Assembly (NCBI GenBank): GCA_002104905.1
Contig: MCFE01000426.1
Coordinates: forward strand, 13,461-77,460
Source: Basidiobolus meristosporus CBS 931.73
Lineage: Eukaryota; Fungi; Basidiobolomycota
Length of the DNA stretch: 64,000 bases
Direction of reading: 5' to 3'
This document shows, piece by piece, positions 11,277-25,064 of this stretch. The notes under the pieces were generated by a model that saw only the letters and a program-made list of their open reading frames with translations, made no database searches and had not been told where the DNA came from. Both the position numbers and the translations under genes were made by a program. The stretch's first letter is position 1. Each line of letters starts with the position of its first letter.

Positions 11277-11807
11277 GGCAGCTCAAGCGCTGGTGGTTGT
11301 GACTACTGCCTAACATTTATATTATATGCGGTCTAATGACACTTCTTTGTACAATATCTACATTTTTATGCATACATACTTAATATATGATATATCTAAA
11401 GCTCAGTTGTATCCGATTACATTGTTTAAACCAATGACTCTCCAGCAAATATAAGATTTTTGATGAAACGATGATAAGAAAATTACTAATGTACCACCTA
11501 CTGCTACAGATGTGATTGTGTTGTTGATTGGGGTTACTTGTATGTGATCGATAGATCACCTGTTTTTGGGCCAGAAAAAAAATCACCCAGAGCCAATCAT
11601 GAGCGCCTTAAATACTTTAATATGTAAGCCTACTATAAACTAGGCGGTTCGGAATACGGGTGATTTTGTTGAGCTTTTTTCTTTTCCTCACACAACTAGC
11701 TTTCAGTAACTAGCCAATTTTCGCTGCACCTTTTCTATCTCCTTTTTTTCAATATAGATTCGTTTTAAGTTGTGTTTTCGAAGTTTATATCTTTACGCCA
11801 ACGTATT

Positions 11808-14165
11808 ATGGTCTCCCTTCGTTCCCCTACTCTGAAACCAACCATAGTCACTGAAAATCGCAAAGAAATGTTGTCTCTAAATGACGCCCCTTCTCAATTG
11901 GAAGATACTGAGCTTCCTTCGTTGAATGATATTGATAATGAGCCTGCCGTCAGGAGTACTTCCCCACCTCCTAATCTTTTAGGTGGCGGGCTTGGGAAAA
12001 ACGAGCTAAATGAAAATGCTTTATTTATGATGACTACGTTCATCATGAATGCCCTGAAAGAGAAGGCGGCGGTACGTTTTTACAAAGAACTACTTCAAAT
12101 AAACCATACTCTATGCGATCTCTTGAGCTGTTGCCGTCCTACTCGGGCTGTGAAATCTTCGTTCTCTGCGCCACACAGTATGGCGAGTTCGAAGTATAAT
12201 ACGGCTTTTTTGACCTCTCTATCTTCACCCTGTTCCCCCCAATTACTGCTTCCCCACTATCCTATTTCATGAGGCATGAGTTCTAATCGTTCTCACCTTA
12301 TTTGTAGGGGAATTTTGGGCCTTACGAAGACATCATTCGTCAACTGTCAGCTAAGCCGAGTTCTCTGGATGCTCCAAGCCCTACCAAGCTATTGCAATGG
12401 ATACGTGCATTAACAAAAAGCGTCTCTTCACTCAATCGAGATTGCCACGCCCTGATCGAAGCTGCTCTTTCCGTCGACTGGCCCACTAAGGACGACGTAT
12501 TCGTGCAGTCGTATGTTCATTTCTTGGCCAACCTGGTATCTGCACATGCATTCTACATCCATCCAACTGTTCGTATGCTCGGCAGACATTTTACCTTCAG
12601 TAAGTGATCAACTCTCTCTGAACGTCTGATGTTTTCGGTCTAATTATTTTCACTTCTAGGGGCAGGTTTTGAGTCACCAGTCTGTAACAATGTGAGCGCT
12701 GAGACCTATTACGAGCGAATCCATAACGCTACGAAAACGGTGATGGGTTTAATTCCAACTGGGCCGACCAGTTTGTACCCAATCCTGATCGAAATGTTCC
12801 CGCACAAACGCCAGAGCATTCAGAGCCAGACATACTACCTGAAGAACATTTTCCGCCTCCTCGAGTATGTCCCTATCCTTAGAAATCAGCTCCTAGCAGT
12901 GATTGTGGATCGAATCATTCAAATCGATGTAAGTATGAGCCCAACACCTTTTATGCAATCATGATCGGCTCACATATTGTTTAGGTTGAAATTCAAGTAG
13001 AGTTGGAGGAGATGGACGATTCGGACGATGATGATGAGGTCTTCCAGTTGGACATGGCGAATAACGAGTTTGAGGATTCTGACATAGATGACTCGGACGA
13101 TGAGGATGCTCTACCCACCGTAACCGCCGTAAATGTGAAAGAAATGTCGGCGAAACTAGATTCCATGCTCGAGCTTATCTTCCAATACATCCAGCTCAGT
13201 CACCAGTCCGGGGATTCGGAGCACATCCGGGACCTCTTCTATGTTATGCTTGATATCTTCGACAAAACTATTTTGCAAACCTTCAAGTCACGTTACACCC
13301 AGTTCCTCTTGTTCTACATCAGTTCGCTGGACGAGAGCTTCCCCGATATTTTCCTAGGAACCCTTGCTTCCCGTATCTTTGATACCTCGGCCCCCGTCGT
13401 TAACCGAGTCTCTGCTGCGTCGTACATCTCAAGCTACGTTTCGCGAGCTAAATTCCTGGATCAGACCTCAGTTCGCACAGTTGTTGGACTCATGACCGGA
13501 TTTACCGAAACATTTGCTGATCAATACGAAAGCACCGTTTCCTATCCCGATGCCGAGAGGTTCTCCGTCTTTTATGCGGTTACCCAAGCAATCCTGTATG
13601 TCTTCTGTTTCCGTTGGAAGGATTTGGTAGACGACACTGCTGAGAATGGGATCCGTCAATGGCATGGAGGCCTCGGAAATTTCCAAAGGATCATCATGTC
13701 CAGATTCAACCCTCTCAAGGTAACTTGCTTTACATTGTTTACCATCGAAAACCAACATTAACACCAACCAATTCAAAGGTTTGCTCCCCTAATGTAGTCA
13801 AGCAGTTTGCCCATCTCAGCCACGAGTTGAACCTGATGTACTGTTACACCGTGATCGAGCAAAACAAGCGCCTCTACTTGCCCAAAAAGAGCACCACCGT
13901 CTCCAAATCAGCCAGCTCGAACTTGCCGGCCCAGCATCAGCCCTCGTTCCATGAGTTGGAAACATTCTTCCCATTTGACCCGTACTCCCTGCCCAACTCC
14001 TCCCGATTCGTCGAGGAGATTTATCAGGAGTGGCAAAACGAGGAGATGAGTGACGAAGAGAGCGAGGCAGAGAACGAGGAAGAGGATGAGGAGATGCAAG
14101 CAGGATTCATGGCCATGTCCATTTCCCCATCTCCCAATCTAGTGGAGAAGGCATTCAATTTGTAA
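11808..14165 (+). CDS. RRN3: RNA polymerase I transcription initiation factor RRN3 (multi-exon)
   Basis: LLQWIRALT, FLANLVSAH, MFPHKRQS, IIQIDV, LDSMLELIF, RYTQFLLFY, SYISSYVSRAKF, FYAVTQAILYVFCFRW, RFNPLK and FFPFDPY segments across ORF pieces joined by GT-AG introns. Confidence 0.93.
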
Positions 14166-14906
14166 ATCCGACTTTCTTACTCCAGACAGTATCATCTCTT
14201 TATATAACCTCGACCTGGTGTACTGAACCACTCATCGTAATCACCCCTTTTCACTTGTAATGTACAGTTCCGACATAATTCGTATCCAATACTGAATAAA
14301 TAGCCTGAATAACATATATATCTTGTATGGAGATGAACAAACAAATCCACCGAGAGTACGTTATCGGTATGCATGTATGATTTTGGGGAAATGCACGCGT
14401 CGATGACATCAAAGGGGGGTGAGTACTAGCATCTCGGAGAAATTCCCACTCTTTAAAAGCAGTCGCAAGTAGCTCATCCTCAAACAATGCTCTTTCCCAA
14501 TCTAATCTTTCTGTGGTTTGCCCTGTCACCCGTGATTTGCTCTTGCACAAGCAACAGGAAGAAGGATATCAGAGGTGCGTGTTTCCAGCTTCCAAGGTGT
14601 CAATCCGGGCATCGAACTGCCACATACATGAGGATGAAACGTAGCAAGCGATGCTCTAGAACGATCAGATATTTGATAGAACCAGAAACAGGCACCGTCA
14701 TTCGAGGAGTGTAACGCTATTTTGTCGATATTTATTTGTAGATCATTTTTGATTAAACCACTCCAATTACCTAAATTATGTTTGCCATTAACTGAAGATA
14801 GCCAACATCCATACTTATCTGATCAAGTCATGTGGCCCACTCATACATTGTTGGAAACGATTATCAGTCCGTTTTCTAAAGCTTAATCTGTCTCATCATT
14901 ACTGCA

Positions 14907-15334
14907 ATGACTACACAAGAGCAAACCACTCTGCTTCCCACACATAGCGAGGAAAGCCCAACAACAGGAGAACCTTCACGCAGTAACAATTCCGAGGTGC
15001 TTCATTGGGTCTTGGTTCTCCTTGTGTTTACCCTAGCGGGTTCAACCACTGCCAGGGTCGTGTCACCACTCTTACATGCCTTGGGGATTCAAGGTAGCGT
15101 GAGTAAAGAGACGGAGTTCTTCCAAGCCGAACTAATCTGGTTTTGTTTGTAGGTGGGTTTCTTGCGGGTCCTTGGAGTTTTCGTATCCTCTATATTGTGA
15201 TAATGACCTTATGTTACCCCTTTATCCTGCTGTTCTTTGGGACTGTCTTTGGTAAAAGGCAATATTTCATTGCCGTGGTGAGACGCATGGCCCGCCACTT
15301 GAACTTCAGAAATTTCCAGAACAGCGGTCGCTAG
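14907..15334 (+). CDS. Small two-exon membrane protein resembling the DUF6787 family
   Basis: LVFTLAGSTTA...(intron)...ILYIVIMTLCYPFILLFFGTVFGKRQYF, with two hydrophobic segments. The family resemblance is from memory. Confidence 0.65.
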
Positions 15335-16481
15335 TTGACCAAGCTCTCACTACTTGGCGCGTAGTAATTCTTAATGTTGCCCATTTAAACCACTTGAAAT
15401 GATGACTGGCTAGAGTGAATAAATGATTTGAGGAGGATTGTATTTGCAGAACAATGAAGCTAATTAGTTTGAGGTTATTTCATTGGTATTACCCACCATT
15501 CGATCAAGACAATGCATGGAACGCTCGGATCATACTGCGAGAGAGGTATATTGCCAAGTATCTCTTGACAATCATCTATGACACACGTACGAGTCCATTG
15601 TCTTCAGTAGGGAACGGGTTGAATAAATAGTAGGTGGTGTCCTGTTCAACCGAATCATTCGTACAATCATCGTGAAGATGATACTTCAAGCCCCACCCAT
15701 TCCCAAGCAGGTTGCTTTAAACATCCTGATATGTCTCTTGATTCGTGCCTTTCCATCAGTTTTCTATAGACAGGTGAAATCTGCTGCACGCTTTGCTGCG
15801 CTATTCTTCATATTCCGAATATCCCTCCAACTCAAGGAAAAACTCTGGGTGTCCGGAATACATCCTGACGACCAAAGGATTCACTTAGATACCCAAACAA
15901 GCCTCTTCATCTCGAGCAAGAGTCCCTACTTACATGAGAACTCTTTCATGCTCAACCGACACAAGATCTTGCGTCAAATCAACGGTATTTGTTTTGCTTT
16001 AGTTGGATTAGGCTGAATATTAGCTAACCCTGGTGATGCTATGTTCCTTTCCCACGAGGAAAGATCTAGGGGCTTTACAAGAGCAGTTGCTGGTCTCATT
16101 AGATACACTAATCAGTCAAAACCCCAATGAGGATGGCATAGAAGCCATCCTATGGGATATCGACAAACAGAAAAACTTTCGTCTATTTCCGGCGTCCCCG
16201 AAATGGGACTGAGATGCAGGCCAGAATGCGTAGAGTTTAGAGTTAGAAGTAGATTTTATAGTGTTCCTCTCTGTTTACCATCAAATAAACATTTTTGTTG
16301 TTCTGATAAACCTTCACATTGTTCAACAAATGGGCAGTCAAAGCGGGGCGACGCCACCTAAACACTTGAAGCTAAGGCAATGCCACCTATGTCGGCTATG
16401 GTTGAATAATTAACGTATCTATGATATCTTGTCATAGGAAGAGGGTTGTAGATGTTACATGTAGAAAAGCGGGATTGGTCA

Positions 16482-19307
16482 TTAGATGTAGTCCAGGTTG
16501 ATCACCGGCTCGGTAAAGTTGGAGGGAAAGAGACCACACTGGATATTCTGGTTTTCATCCAGTATCTCACCTTCCCACCACCCATCCAACCGTGTGGCTG
16601 TGACCCGAACGATCTGCCCTTCACGAAGGGATAGCTCTTCCTCGCATTCGGCGTCGTAATCATAGAGAGCACGGACCTCTGACAATTTCAGTTAGTATAT
16701 TTGGATGGCCATTGTGAGGTTCTAGTATGAAATACGCTACCCATATGAGGCTTGGATTTCTTTTTACTTAGTTCGGTCGGTTGTGTAGGCTCTGAGGGAG
16801 ACTCTGGAGCTATGCACATCAATTAGTATGTAGCAGCCATGACTCCAATCGGTGAGCACTCTTACCTTCGTGAACTGACTCAGGAGGCTTTGCTCCGTCC
16901 AATTCTAAATTTGGGACATTTAACAGAGTGAATACCTAGAAGGGAGGTACACAAACGGGGCGCCTCTTACCTGCAGGACTCGTTTTCGTATGAAGCAGCT
17001 CAGTCTTGGTTGGGCTGGATCCTGAAAGCAAAACAGAAATTCAGCAAGTTGAAGATAGGATTCGATAGAGTATTTCGTACTATCTGGAGACGTATTCGTA
17101 GGAGAGTACAACCCGTAATTCTTGAACGATAATCCTCTGCTCCGTCTTTCCTGCTGGACAGGTGATCGAAGTGCATCGTTACCTGCCCCCTGTGGCGAGT
17201 CAGGAGTTGGATAGATCTTTGAATTTGGAGAGATGGCGCGAGACTCACTATCCACCGACTGGAGGGTGGTGGAGGGTGTTGGAGAGACCCTTGTTTCCGC
17301 AGGATGGCCGGAATCAGTACTAGAAGGAGATAGTGTGCGTTGGGGCTCAAGCTTGTTGCCTACTGAAGGGTTATATGGTTGCTCTTCTTTTGGATGGTTG
17401 GCAGGAGTTGTGATGATTGTAGGAGGAGGGGAGATGACTCTTCCTAAGGGATCCGCTGAGGCTTTGATTAACCCTCCCTTTGGTTGGCCCTGAAGCTGTG
17501 CAAAGTTCTGCCAATGCGGCCTACCCTGAACCATTGGGTAGTACATCATCGGGTGTTGAGATGAGTTTGGAGAAACGGCTCGCCCAGGAACTTGAGAATA
17601 ATCCATTGGGCGATTGTGATATCCCATTGGTGGTCGATAGCCCAAGGCAGCAGTGCTTCTTGGGTCCATAGGGTAGTAGCTTCTACTTTGGTGGTAATAT
17701 GCCGCTTGTCGATAGGCCATGGCAGGGTCGGGGGTTCCGGCGTAATAATAATACCTAGGATCATACATTGCGCTCGCAGGACGATCAACCGGTGTCTGCA
17801 TTCGAGTATTGGTGCCGATTTGGCCAGTCGAGCTGCGAAGCTTCGATCTGGCATCCAATTCGACTGCGTCTCTTTGGTTTAGACCGCTCATCTCCTTGGA
17901 TATTACGGAATCTGGTGCAATGAAGTGTCAGTAAGCTGTTGGATAGGTGTGGTTCCAAATATCCCTACCCGGTAGCTCGCTGCCTGTTCCAAACTCTTGA
18001 ATGAACCGGGCTATATCATGGGCTGCAAAGCACTTCTCAAGCGATTGACGAATGTTCTCACATGCCTGGACCATTCCTGAAACTGAGTAATTTGGATCAT
18101 ACTCGAGTAAGCCTATGTACCGCATACCATATCATCTGAGACGCACACAGCGGCAATAATGTTACTAAACTCCCAGCTCGACTTCTTCAGGAAATTTATT
18201 CTCTCCTCCTCCAATTTTTGAAATAGCTACAAAAGAAGTTAGAAGCATATTCCACAAAGCCATAGAAACCCGCTAAAATACCTCACAAGACTCTTTCCAA
18301 TCATTCGTCCACTGACGCTCGACCTCGTTGCATTTGTGAAGGGCTTCTTTAAGCTCCTCATCTAAATTCACTAGTGTCAGTCGCTGACTCACTCATGATC
18401 GGGACTGATGGTTTTACCAATAACTCGGACCGAAGCAATGGCACTTTGCAACTATTAAGATGATAAGTGGATCTTCTTCCGAAATGATTTATTACAAATA
18501 AACCAACCCTTTCTTTATCCCCCAATTGTTCAAGCTCTTGAACTGTACGTTTCTCCACGTCCAGCTTCTCCTTCAACTGTGTTGTTCGTTGGAAGCAAGT
18601 TAGATGCAGCGTATCAAACCCGCCACCGGGGACGCTTACCTTGAGTACATGCATTCGTAGCACAGATTTCTCTTTGGCGCATTTTTCTATTTTGGTCGTT
18701 TGCTAAGGAATCAACTGTCATCAGAGTAGCCCCTTCGAATCTACTTCATGCGTGCCCGCTCACCATTTTACGCTTCTCTCGCTGGCCTTCCATGAAGCCT
18801 GCCAACTCTCCCTCGATTTCTACTTTCATCTTCTTGCCGAGTTCGACTCTCGAATTTCCCATCGATTCCAACTCGCGACGTAAGCATTCCAGAGAATCCT
18901 TCAAAGTGCTAGAGGTGGTTTAGCATACGCTGGCCCAAAACCGTTTCGCAAAGCTAAGCTTCCGTAGTGGTTACCCGAACTCATCTTTTCCTACTGGACT
19001 CTGCGCTAACTTGAGTAATTTCCGACCGTATTCCTCTTCGATAGCCGCCCTGCAAGTATTATTGAGAGCATGCTTAACGAAACACCCAAGCCTGGGATGA
19101 CCAAGCAACTCTATACCTTGCTGTGTATAGGTTCTGAAGTTCCACGCAGGATTGCTTGGAGGTTCGAAGTTTCTTCATTAACACTTCGACCCCTTCTTCA
19201 TTTTTTCCCTATCAAGGTCGATTCAGTCGCGGCGTACTCATAAAACAAAAGGACATCTGTTAGGTTACCCAAAAGGAGTTTACGAAGGTTGGTTGAACAT
19301 ATGCCAT
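16482..19307 (-). CDS. F-BAR + SH3 protein (Cdc15/Hof1/PSTPIP-like), multi-exon
   Basis: N-terminus MAYVQPTFVNSFW, RAAIEEEYGRKL F-BAR segment, Pro/Ser-rich linker, C-terminal SH3 ALYDYDA...ELSLREG...DGWWEG...GLFPSNF. Confidence 0.88.
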
Positions 19308-20043
19308 GACAATAACAGTAAGCGAAGTTTCTTGTTGGCAGCACTAGAGGGAAGAACAGTATATATAGGTGGCTTGAATGGTGGGTTAATGGATTAAGAA
19401 AGAGTTAGTTTAGTAGGTAAAGGAGTATATCAGGGTAGGCTAGTGGCAATAGGTTAGAGAAGGGTTTAAAGAGGATTATGTACGGATTAATGAAAGAGTA
19501 TTCCGGTACTAGATGAGAAACGGTTGCAGCTTTTGGTTGCTATTCTGCGTCAATATCCATTCAATCGCCTACTAAATTAGTGCCCTTTGAAATTCGCTGT
19601 GATATGAATTTCCTTAATTGTTGAATTGCTGCCTTAAACTTGGAATGGGCTCGCTGGCGATTGGCTGGTTGGTTGGAGTTGTAAGGTGTGCAGCAGCTAG
19701 CAATATCGGAGTGTTGTTCCAATCATCCATATTGCACCCGATCCTCACACACGGATCGGAATAAACTGATTTGATGCGTGAGCTTGCATGGAAAGTTAAT
19801 CACTGATCGTGGTGGGCTAACCAGCTACTAATCAACTCTCCGGCCATCTTAGTTAAGGGTAACCGAATTCCATCAAGGGTTGCAACTTATAAAAGAATTT
19901 CCGCTGCTCCCTGATTTTCTTCCTCTTTCATTCAAGTCCTTGATTTAGAGTGACAAATCGTATCCTTCGATTGTAATTGAACATCCATCATAGATTGCAT
20001 TTCATCCGAGCCATCCTTAACTCTTCTTCCTCACTCTTAGACA

Positions 20044-20799
20044 ATGAAGCACAACAATCAGTTGCCCAACAATCACTTCCGTAAGGACTGGCAATTGCGC
20101 GTCAAGACTTGGTTCGACCAAGCCGGCCGCAAGAAGCGCAGAAGACTCAATCGCGTCCAAAAGGCTGCTCGCATTGCCCCTCGCCCCGTTGATGGCCTTC
20201 TTAGACCCGCTGTCAGATGCCCAACTATCAAATACAACACCAAGTTGAGAGCTGGCAAGGGCTTCACATTGGAGGAATTGAAGGTAAACCACATCACAAT
20301 AGATCCTCCAGCCGACTCCATCTAAACTGGCTGCTTTTCAGGAAGCTGGAATCAGACGCAAGGAGGCTCTTACCATCGGTATCTCCGTCGACCACCGTCG
20401 TCGCAACAAGTCCGAGGAGTCCCTTCAATTGAACGTCCAACGCCTCAAGGCTTACAAGGCTAAGCTTATCGTCTTCCCCAAGAAGGCTGGTAAGCCCAAG
20501 AAGGGTGACAGCGAGGTACATAGAACTTGACAAGGAATCCATTGTTGGGAACATTTGTCTAATTGTAACGTGAAACTTAGGCTGCCGAACTTGCTGATGC
20601 CAAGCAAATCGCTGGCCCTGTTATGCCTGTTGCTCAAGTCATCACCAAGGAGAAGGCCCGCAAGGTCACTGAAGAGGAGAAGAGCAAGAGTGCTTATGCT
20701 ACTCTTCGTTTGGTCCGCTCTGAGCAACGCTACCGCGGTATCCGCGAGAAGCGTGCTAAGCTTAAGGCTGAGGAAGAAGCCCAAAAGGTCAAGAAATAA
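20044..20799 (+). CDS. RPL13: 60S ribosomal protein eL13 (3 exons)
   Basis: [26 protein letters not shown]..., [38 protein letters not shown]. Confidence 0.97.
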
Positions 20800-20939
20800 A
20801 CAACCGGCTTCTCGATTGTACAACCATGTTAAAATAATAAATCGGCTAATATTGTGCAAATCCATGGCTTGATTTATTCATACTCGGTGGATAGCATCAT
20901 AATGACGGTAGCATTTGGATTTGGAAATGTTTCGACCGA

Positions 20940-23191
20940 TCAGATGAAACACATGATTTGATCGTTGTACGGCTGATGATTTTTCGTAAACAACCGTGCG
21001 ACGTTTTTCAGGAAAGGTAAATAAACATGTAGCCCAACCTTTGCCTTACCAACCAGTTTGCTCAGTTCAAAGTTCAGAATATCGGACTGCTTCAGATTGA
21101 TGATGGGCGTAGTGGACTCATGGATACCACTCTTGTCTGGATATAGCCAACTGCTCGATTTGATCTTTTCTTTCAAGAAGCCATCGACTATGAATACACC
21201 TTTGGCGTCGAGGCAATCAAGGAATACTTGGGTTTTGGTCAGGCTCGTGAAATACAAATGGGTGATGTTCTCTGGATTGAATTCTCTCTTGAAGTGATTT
21301 GCTACGTGGAGTGTTTGCTTCATAAAATCTGATGAATAAGTTGGTCTCCAATCGCTAGCAGCAAATGGTGGACTCGTAAGCAGCCTGAAATCGATTGGCT
21401 CAAGAACCATTTTGCTGAGTGAGGCAGCATTTTGCATCATTGTTCCGCTTGCTGGAGTCAAAAGTTTGGTCATTTCCAGTGAATATAAGACAGGAAGCGA
21501 ATTTGTAGATGGGTTATCTCCGTGGCCTGTCTCTTCTGTGGATCGATTCTTACTTGGGTGCTGAGATAACATTGGCGTCTTATTTGCTGGACATTGTAGC
21601 CCTATATCATGCTTAAATTTCTACAGTGTAAGTCCCAAATATTCATGTTGAATGCATTGAAGGCCCTAATACCTGACCAGATGGTTGATCCTGTGGATCT
21701 ACTTTGGTTTCGTCTATACAGTTGGATTCCAGGTGCTTCATTGTCAAGTATCCTACGGCAGAGGGGAGTTCGTCGCAATAAACATCATTGGTGGGTGCTT
21801 GTGTAAGCATGGCAACTTCACCGAATTCCCCAAGGATCTCGTGCTTAGACTCAAAGTTTGTGAGCCTTGTACACATCTGACGGCTAAGGAATCCCCTGAT
21901 GTAGCTTTGGAGCTGTAGGGTATAGTCAGTATTGGAGTATCTATAAATAGATCATACTTTCTCTTGGTACCTTAACTACGGTATGTTCAGCCTGTTGCAT
22001 ATCTTCCAGTTTACGGCGGTAGTCCCTTCTGCAAAGCACACCTCGAGCCTTTGCTTGGATTGCAAGCAGGACACTGGCGTTGCGCATGCCGTACGGGTGT
22101 GCTATATGCTCGCTACTGGTTGAACAGAATATGGCATCTTATGGATGATTGATCAAATGAACTAGGTAAAGGCCATTGATCATCCAATTACCTTGACGTT
22201 TCTGAATCTCCTGTGATAGAATCGCTTCGACACACTTGAAAGTAGGGATGGGGGCTCCTATTGCCTCAAGCTCCTTCAGGGCAGCCTGGATTTGCTCCTC
22301 TGTGAATGAGACATTAGAGTGTGAAAAGCAGCTCAAGAGATTCAGATATACCAGAGAAGTGGAGTTTTCCTATCAGATTGTTCATCTTTGGACCACGGCC
22401 TTGTTGAAAGAGATAATGGCTGAAGCATAGTTAGGCAGGGGCTCGATTGATGATAGGATTCATTTTAGTAAGTACCCGAGTGCATGGATACAATAGATCA
22501 CTTTTGGGAGGTTTTTCTTGGCGTATAGGTCTGTAAGCTCAAAATGAAAATTCTATGCACCAAGTTAGAAAGGAGCGCTGAAAGACAGGCCTCCGGGTTA
22601 GGTAGTTACCTCAGGAAGGCCAATCTTTCTAATGGCATCCAAAAAGTAATTGATATTGTCGGAATGTCTATATTGTATTCTAGGATCCTGATCGAACATT
22701 AGTAAGAATTGTAACACTACCAAAATTCTTGATCCATCGCTACTTGAAAGATTTTTTTGACACTGCTCGGTTCATAAATTCGGGCTATCTTGGCGATGAT
22801 CACTCCATCTCGCAAGCTTTGCTCGATCTTATCGATGGGTGCTATTTCCTCTTCTATGCAAGTCTCAAGCCAACTAATATACAGAGCCTGATTAGATTCG
22901 CCTCCCACCAGAAGGATTGTACACCAGTTTTACTCTTTTGCTTCTCCTATGTGACACAGGTACTCGTATACCTGGATGTTACGTCTCTCCATATCGATCC
23001 ATGCAGCATTTCTTCGAGCTTGAAAGGAGCTGCTGTCGATGGTGGAATTCTTCTGTAGCCTCAGCCTTCCTTTCAAGCCTTCACGAAAATTGAATATTGC
23101 GAACTGAAAGCAGAATCCGGCAAGACTCACCTGCAACGCCCTCAGGCTCAGGGGAAGTCAGTGTTCTAGTAGTTATCGTGCGGATCACCAT
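20940..23191 (-). CDS. IQGAP-like protein: N-terminal calponin-homology domain plus 2 IQ motifs and an unrelated C-terminus; no RasGAP domain
   Basis: Spliced reading: ...RRNIQVYEYLCHIGEAKEW...LRDGVIIAKIA...IQYRHSDNINYFL...FELTDLYAKKNLPKVIYCIHAL..., then IQAKARGVLCRRDY and LQSYIRGFLSRQM, continuing in frame into ORF 21572-20940. Confidence 0.8.
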
Positions 23192-23522
23192 AATGCAGCA
23201 TGAAAAGCGCTCGTTTTAAATATCTATCAAGTTAATCTATATTAAGGTGCCAGTGTAGGAAGTCGGAATTCCTGGTTATATATGGAAAATCACTCAATAA
23301 TGTTCATTATTGCTTGGATCAAACGGATAAACTACCCCAGTGAGGGCGGTCGGGAATTTCGAAGTCCCACACACTCGGCACCATGAACACAATGCACTGT
23401 ATCGGGCCTAGTGCTATTCCAAGTGTTCTTTGATACGCTGACTTTATTGATCCCAATTATTACGCAATGCTGAACCAATTGAATGGGGATGTTTAAAATA
23501 TCTGGATCTATATGTATACGGA

Positions 23523-25064
23523 TTAGCTAACTAACAGAGGGAAGGCTATATAATTCAACCTCGAGTTCTCATTCAAATCTTTCAGAGAATTCTCGGTGAT
23601 CACCAAATCAGAGATGTGAAGATACTTTAATCTCCGACAACACCTTATAGCAGTGTGGACAATGAAGTCACCACATAATGGAGTGTTCGCAATGGGCTCC
23701 CCGAGGGCGATGTGCACCAATTGTATTGCTGTTCTCATAAATTCACACATCTCGGCCGCGGGGAAGGTCATCTTTTGAATATCTAGATATCGCAGGTTGC
23801 TGGAGTAACGAATCATGCTCTGTAGAGTTTCCGAATCTATCAGGTCGGTGCCCACCTGGCTGACCACGAGTTTGTGCAAACTGGGTCCAGCTGTCTCAAT
23901 GATCTTACGCACCGTTCCACAACTCACGTATGGAAGCTTGCAAAGGTGCAATTCCTGGAGGTTTTTGCACGCTGGATAGATTTTTCGGAACTCTTTGTCG
24001 CTCATGTTGAAGCAGTCATGGAATTCTATGCATTTGAGGTTGTTAAACTGGCCGATCTTTTCAAGCCCACTTTTACTTGGAATGTAGTCTACTATGCGGA
24101 GTTCTTGAAGGCTGTTACCGTGGTGTGTGAGTAGTGCGTCAATGGTTTCCGTCAATGGTTTGTGGGCGCCCTCCACATGTAACGCCCTTAAATACCCGGG
24201 TTCTTGTGCAGCGATGAGTGCGGCGATATCGCTATCTTCTATTTTGGCGACCCAAGGATCAAGGTGAAGGCTGATCTTACGGAAACTGCGGGCCGATTTG
24301 CAGATGGTATCCAAGTAGATATCCTCTGTACACGGGGAGCTGGTAGGGTCATACCTCCAATGCAATTCCAGCTCCTGTAGGGCTGTCAACTCCGTATCAA
24401 GAAATATATCTTTTAACGGAACCATTCCCCTCCAGACTAGTTTGTGAATGGTATCGTAATTGCCGCCTTTGAAAAGTGACCAGAGCTTTTGCGTAATTTT
24501 TTGATCAATCAGCGCCTCTTCAGTTGTATAGCCGATGCACCATACGGGCTTCGAGGTTCCATTGACAACTCGAAGAGACTCCTGGAATTTGACTAGATTC
24601 ACGGTTCTAGCCAAACTTAAATATGGATACAATGGCTTATAATGGGTATAGAATGTAGGGCTGCTTATTGCAGGTGAGTAGCGAACCATCTCTCCTTCAT
24701 CGGGGGAAGTGCCGATTTGTGTGATGAGACGCTGAAGGAACATTACTATCTTGGTGAGATAGTCCACCGGAGGTACACATATTGAGTCAATCTTCGAGAA
24801 ACGAAGCTTCTCATCACTTCCGAATCCATCAGGATCTGTGCAGCTCAGGTGCGTACGTAAGAGCATCGCAATTCGAATCTTGGCCTCTGCGTCACAAGCT
24901 TCGTTGGGGACAAAACTCCATGGGTCTTTATACAAATGGCACACACCAAGTAAAGACCAATTCCGGGATACTAAGCATATGCTATACAAGGTTGCGAAAT
25001 CCTCACTCACCCAACGAAAAATGGTTGGGAGGCAGTCTAAGGGAAGGCCCAGCTTCTTAATCAT
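23523..25064 (-). CDS. F-box / RNI-like leucine-rich repeat protein, intronless, 513 aa
   Basis: N-terminal LPLDCLPTIF...LYSICLVSRNW...LYKDPW F-box-like motif and C-terminal LxxLxL repeats. Confidence 0.82.
   Translation of the reverse strand: MIKKLGLPLDCLPTIFRWVSEDFATLYSICLVSRNWSLLGVCHLYKDPWSFVPNEACDAEAKIRIAMLLRTHLSCTDPDGFGSDEKLRFSKIDSICVPPVDYLTKIVMFLQRLITQIGTSPDEGEMVRYSPAISSPTFYTHYKPLYPYLSLARTVNLVKFQESLRVVNGTSKPVWCIGYTTEEALIDQKITQKLWSLFKGGNYDTIHKLVWRGMVPLKDIFLDTELTALQELELHWRYDPTSSPCTEDIYLDTICKSARSFRKISLHLDPWVAKIEDSDIAALIAAQEPGYLRALHVEGAHKPLTETIDALLTHHGNSLQELRIVDYIPSKSGLEKIGQFNNLKCIEFHDCFNMSDKEFRKIYPACKNLQELHLCKLPYVSCGTVRKIIETAGPSLHKLVVSQVGTDLIDSETLQSMIRYSSNLRYLDIQKMTFPAAEMCEFMRTAIQLVHIALGEPIANTPLCGDFIVHTAIRCCRRLKYLHISDLVITENSLKDLNENSRLNYIAFPLLVS

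Noticed and set aside
14500-14629. Minus-strand MYVAVRCPD-TGA-H, a possible CxxU selenoprotein motif
   Set aside because: The read-through frame ends after ~35 codons, has no thioredoxin-like context, and no SECIS was recognised.
15400-16400. ORFs 15672-16016 and 16152-16361
   Set aside because: No motifs, no clear ATG context and no splice-consistent model.
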